Shown: piece after piece, positions 59,603 through 64,000 of the stretch
How positions within the stretch are numbered: position 1 is the stretch's first letter
Layout: the number at the start of each line of letters is the position of its first letter
Source of the DNA: Oikopleura dioica
Lineage: Eukaryota; Animalia; Chordata
NCBI GenBank assembly: GCA_907165135.1
Contig: OU015570.1
Span: 2,563,929-2,627,928 of the forward strand
DNA length: 64,000 bases
Direction: 5' to 3'
Made by a program: the position numbers and the translations under genes
Notes under the pieces: model-generated
The model's input: the letters and a program-made list of their open reading frames with translations, nothing else
Database searches by the model: none
Told to the model about the DNA's origin: nothing

Positions 59603-60211
59603 ATGAGTGTGGAACAAGGCAGCAACGTCACAAATAGAATTAAACAAATGTATCTCGAATTGATTCCCGACGCACTCACCGGCACACGATACCCGATCGG
59701 CCATCAATCGGAAAGTGACGGAATGATCGGCTCAATCGTAGTGATGATTCAAAGAACGACTAACTCTTCAGCCCTGCCAAATTATTCACCAAGAACAGCT
59801 CTGAGAAATCTTGAAAAGATCCTCGAAACCAGCCCTGCGCCAACTACGCTTGATGAGCTGCTAGAATGGCATTTCAAAATCGCTATTGAATTCCGCCGCA
59901 TCCGGACGAACAACATTTCTCTTTACGTAGCCCAGAAGCAAACGACAAGGTTTATCATTAGAAAAATCAACAATGAACGGACCTGGTCTCTGCTGCTCAA
60001 TTCAAACCTGGATAACTGTGAGCTTTGCCGTACAACTGACCATCGAATCCGCCAATTCGCATCTGAATACGAAGCGCAGCGAGAACAACGGCGGGTACAA
60101 CGAGCGTTCGCAATCAATGGCCAGCCACAAAGAAACCTCCCCTTCCCGACAAGATCAAATACGCGTAAAATTCCCCTTTTGGCAAAGATTCCTGAAAAAC
60201 TGAGTCGCTGA
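59603..60211 (+). pseudogene. Gag-like ORF with degenerate zinc knuckle
   Basis: CELCRTTDH (C-x2-C-x4-H, last Cys lost). Weak similarity to the C-terminal half of E Gag. Confidence 0.4.
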
Positions 60212-60744
60212 CGGGGATAGCTAAATTGATGCAATGTAAATTAACATTATATATTAAGCCTAACTACCTCATTAAGCTAAAAAGGCTTCAAAAGCACCAG
60301 ACAAATCAACGAAGATCTTTGTCTTCCAAAGAATGCAGCCATTGACCGCCACTGCTTTTACATAAATTCCAGGCTTGCAAAGATTATCAAAAAGGAAGAA
60401 CAAAAGGCAATTTTAACTTTGAATCTATTAATTTAGACTGCGATACCCGAAAATTGATTCTCGTAACAACGAATCAAAATCTACCCAGACTGAACCCGAT
60501 GTCGTGTTTACCCGCCCTTAGCCGGAAACCAACGGATCCAATTCAAAATGGACTCAAACTGACGCCCCTCCGTCTGAACAGCCATCTCCGAAAAAGGCGG
60601 AAACCAACGATGAAGCACGCGGCCCTGAACAAAACTTTCTCGTTAGTCAAGCAAAATTTGGAGCAATCATCTGGCAAGATGCCGAGAAAATCGACTTTTG
60701 GGAACACTATTGTCGGAATCACCTTTGCTTCAAAAATGCGCGCG

Positions 60745-61028
60745 AATCTGGTTTTACAACAAAGCAGCTCATCAGCCTACTCCTCCTTACACTAAGACGG
60801 CAGGATGTTTTTGTCGACGAGTTGATTGGACAAGACGAGCGCAAGGACTTTGATACGTATTTGGAATCAATTGGGAGATTCCTGAATAACGCAAGAACAA
60901 CTGCATTTGGGGAGATACTGAAAATGAAACGAAAACCCCAGGAAACCTTGATACAATTATTCATACGAATATGTGAAATATGCCGTTACAAGGTTGGAAA
61001 AGACCCAAAATCACTGGCAACTTTGATA
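60745..61028 (+). pseudogene. Gag capsid-like fragment truncated by a MITE
   Basis: ERKDFDTYLESI..RKPQETLIQLFIRI resembles E Gag QRKNVDSFISYI..QKPGESCLSFFRRL. Confidence 0.45.
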
Positions 61029-61030
61029 TA

Positions 61031-61425
61031 CAGTTTTTTATGGAATTTTTGGACATCAAATTTTTGGACATTTTTGCTATTTTATGGGGTTTTCTTGGGA
61101 CACTTTTCAAAAGTGCCCGTATCAAATTTTTGGACATTTTCTGCGCCGTATTTTTAAATTTTCTGTTATTTTTGCCAGATATGAAGTTTTTTCATATTAA
61201 AATCTTACTTTTTCTTTGAGAAAGATAAGATTGAAGGTTGATCTCGTACCCCTTAAACATTTTTTGTCTTTAGAAGAAGGATTAAACAAAGAATGATGGA
61301 GATTTTTCTCAAAATTTCTTAAGCGATTTGGATGGGAGATTTTTTTTGGCCGCGTGTACCAAATTTATGTACATTTTCGCGAAAATCTTGGGACAAAAAA
61401 TGTCCAAAAATTCCATAATTAACTG
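61031..61425. mobile_element. Tc1/mariner-type MITE, near-identical to 58148-58541
   Basis: Same TIRs with TA on both sides. The two flanks are unrelated to each other. Confidence 0.85.
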
Positions 61426-64000
61426 TACTCGATTCTTCTCGACAACTGCATGCCGTTGGAAAAAATGGAAATGACACGGGTGATCGAAGCCGCTGAACAA
61501 CTCGACTTTGAAACTCTCAGATGAGCGGTCAAAAAAACCCTTATTTGGACGGCATAGGTAACAGTAGCTTGCGACTGCTTTGACGGAAAATAACAAAAAT
61601 TTCGGCACTTTGGATCATCTCGAATCAGGAGACAAATCTTCTTCAAGAAGCGATTAAAATCACGCTTCTGCAATGAGTGAACCTTCAAAGCAACGGGCAC
61701 GAGCGGCCTTGACGACTACTTTTGTGAGTTGGAAGCCTAAGTAGCCGCAACATGCTCAACGTGACCTGGTCTGATCAACTGAGTCCTGCATGCTTAAGGA
61801 AGAAAGAAGTCGCCCGGGCCTTGCGCCAAGAAGTCATCCTTTTTTGTACTGAACTGAAGATCTTTATCCTTTGACACTAAAATTTTACCAAATTACACGG
61901 TTAAGTTAACGAATGAAACTTTTAGACATAATGGAAAAAGTCGAAACGATACAGCCGACTGGAATTATCAACATAAACTCTGCTTGGGCTTTTCGAGGGC
62001 GATTTACAGTCCATCAACAACGTAAATGCTTGATGCACAGAATCCCGGAAATCGCAAGGGCAAAAACCTGCGCAGGTAATTGCTAATTCTGAGTGATGAA
62101 AATAACACTTTGATTCGAAAAGCGGTGGACACTGGAACACGGGATGTTCGGAATCAACAACCTTGGGTGCGGAAGAAAAAGCAATGTCGATCTCGATGGG
62201 AAAGCCGAGGAAAATTAACCCAAATCAACTGACGTAAACACGACAGAATTAGCAACGTTAATCGACAGAAAAAGGTTACGGTGTCCAAAACAATTCCTAT
62301 ACTTCAGCTCGGAGACGGGATTTTCCAAAGAAAAAGCTTGAAGTAATTTCAATGGCAGAAAGAAAAAAGGAATGAGCAAGCAGAAAAGATTCGACATTGA
62401 TCTAAGATGAAACGTTTTGAGCGCAAACTGCCTGAGAAATCGCAACACAGTTGAGCTTGCGACGTGCTACGAAACGATCTCATCATAACGACATAACAAC
62501 GACGAAAAAAGATGGAAAAAATGAAGGAAGGCCCCAACGCGAAAACGACTCCTTCAAAAACTCGAACGAAAACAACATAAAAGGTATGTAAAGGGTTACT
62601 TACAAACAACAAAGACAGTAGTATAGAAATTATCGTGACATTATGGAAAGATTTTATCAAGCGCAAACTGATGCAATTAAATTTGGGATAAAAACGAATA
62701 ATGATCAAGAATCATGAAAAACTCAAAATCTAAGCTGAACTAACCTCTGAAAGTTTTGCGATGGAAAAATATTCTCGGCATTAGCCTTATTTTTATGTTT
62801 TCGCTGGTAAACTGTAGACCGGTGACAGATGTACTAATCACCTTGCAGAGGGATTGGCAAAGAAAAAGATAACTTAGCCATACGCATGGATCATGCATGT
62901 GGTCTCACGCTTAGTAAAGGCATTTAACATAATAGGGATTCCATACGGAGGGCAGTTGGTCTCCGTATACTGCCAGGGAGCCTGAGGCACCCCGTAAATG
63001 ACGTTTGGCCATTTCACTACACGAAAGTGGGCCCATGGAGATTCACTTTGAAAAATCTCTGAACGTCTGTGGGAAGGAATAACCCCACCGATTTCTTTTC
63101 GCGTTAGAAATCAGTAAGTTAATAAACCACAAAGCGTGAGCAAATCAGCTCAAATTATAAGTTCAAACGGAAACTTAACTATTTTTAATTGAAATTTGAT
63201 AGAACGAAAATCAAAGTCGGCGCTTGATAAAAACAAATATTTTGAAGAATCAAAGTATTCTGGGTGAAAAACTGACAGTTAAAAGTAAATGATCTCAAGG
63301 AAATATTTTCGACTTCAAGTCACATGAAAGACTTGACTTGGTTAAGAAGCTATTTTTCTTTTGGTCGTTTTCCGGGGACCGGAATCTGAACACGACCGGA
63401 ATATGTTATTTTTGAAAAGCGCAGCTTTTAACCAGCGCTTATGTCCTCTTACAGTTCTCTCGAGACTAAAAGCTAATAGATCGTGCCTTATAATTGTCCA
63501 AATTAGCAATGGTAAATAACTTTTGACCCACCCAAATCAAGCCAAGAAAAAGTTCGCATTAATGGTAACATAAATCTTAACTAGTGCCAAGTATTTCTGC
63601 TCATTCCAGGTTTTAGGGATTATCAAGCGATTCTATTTATTTAAAATGATACTCGTGAAGCTCACATGACCCGGAGAATTTTGATGCAACCATGCTTTTG
63701 AGTGCTTATCCCCTGCTGATATTCTAGAACCGAATCTTTGAAATGAGGATTCGAATTGAGATTCGTAGTTCAATGGAAAATTGTTGGGGGTATCCTTAAA
63801 GATAGAGGCTTACTTTTACTATGAGCGCAAAACCCTTTGGAACCTCAAAAATTTTGAACCTCAAAATTATGGAGTAAAGTTGGCCATTTTAGAGTCGTCC
63901 CTTTTAGTTTGAATAAAACTAAAGGTTAGAGTTAGATCATTTGTAATCTTTAATTCGTGAAAATTAAATTTTTCGGAAAATGCCAAATCCGGAAAATCTA

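Larger units (their letters stand above)
46112..63618. repeat. Large inverted duplication: left arm 46112-46371 plus 53289-55290, right arm 61427-63618
   Basis: Mirror ORFs (e.g. 53999-54367 + and 62349-62708 -). The right arm at ~63340-63390 shows the empty site of element E. Confidence 0.9.

Noticed and set aside
61430-62090. Possible decayed hAT/MULE transposase in the inverted arms (DNCMP, VACD, CLMH)
   Set aside because: Only short motif resemblances with many stops; cannot be supported without a profile search.

Overview
Eukaryotic, AT-rich DNA made almost entirely of transposable elements. No rRNA, tRNA or CRISPR array was seen, and the only host-like ORF is a RING-H2 ORF at 44770-45291. 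Five complete, recently inserted Ty3/Gypsy-type LTR elements have near-identical LTR pairs and 4-bp target-site duplications (TSDs): A 8152-12378 (-), B 13212-20320 (-), C 22642-26979 (+), D 27170-33882 (+) and E 46372-53284 (+). There are also three truncated LTR remnants and many nested MITE/foldback elements and minisatellites. The main result is that B, C and D form one family. Its Gag carries a CCCH (C-x8-C-x5-C-x3-H) zinc finger instead of a CCHC knuckle. After pol, B and D have a second polypurine tract and a small HTH-like ORF, and all three carry a conserved non-env accessory ORF just before the 3' PPT. C is a satellite-like deletion derivative that lacks capsid, PR, RT and RNase H but was mobilised recently. 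A keeps one uninterrupted 927-aa Gag-PR ORF that continues into catalytically dead RT/RNase H remnants. The gag-pol junctions differ: direct fusion (A), UGA-CUAG readthrough (B), UAG (D) and a TAATG stop-start overlap (E). A minimal hammerhead ribozyme lies at 7458-7499. A ~2.2-kb inverted duplication closes the window. The host cannot be determined from the sequence; a resemblance to Oikopleura Tor elements is an unverified guess. All alignments were made by eye, and homopolymer frameshifts may be assembly errors.
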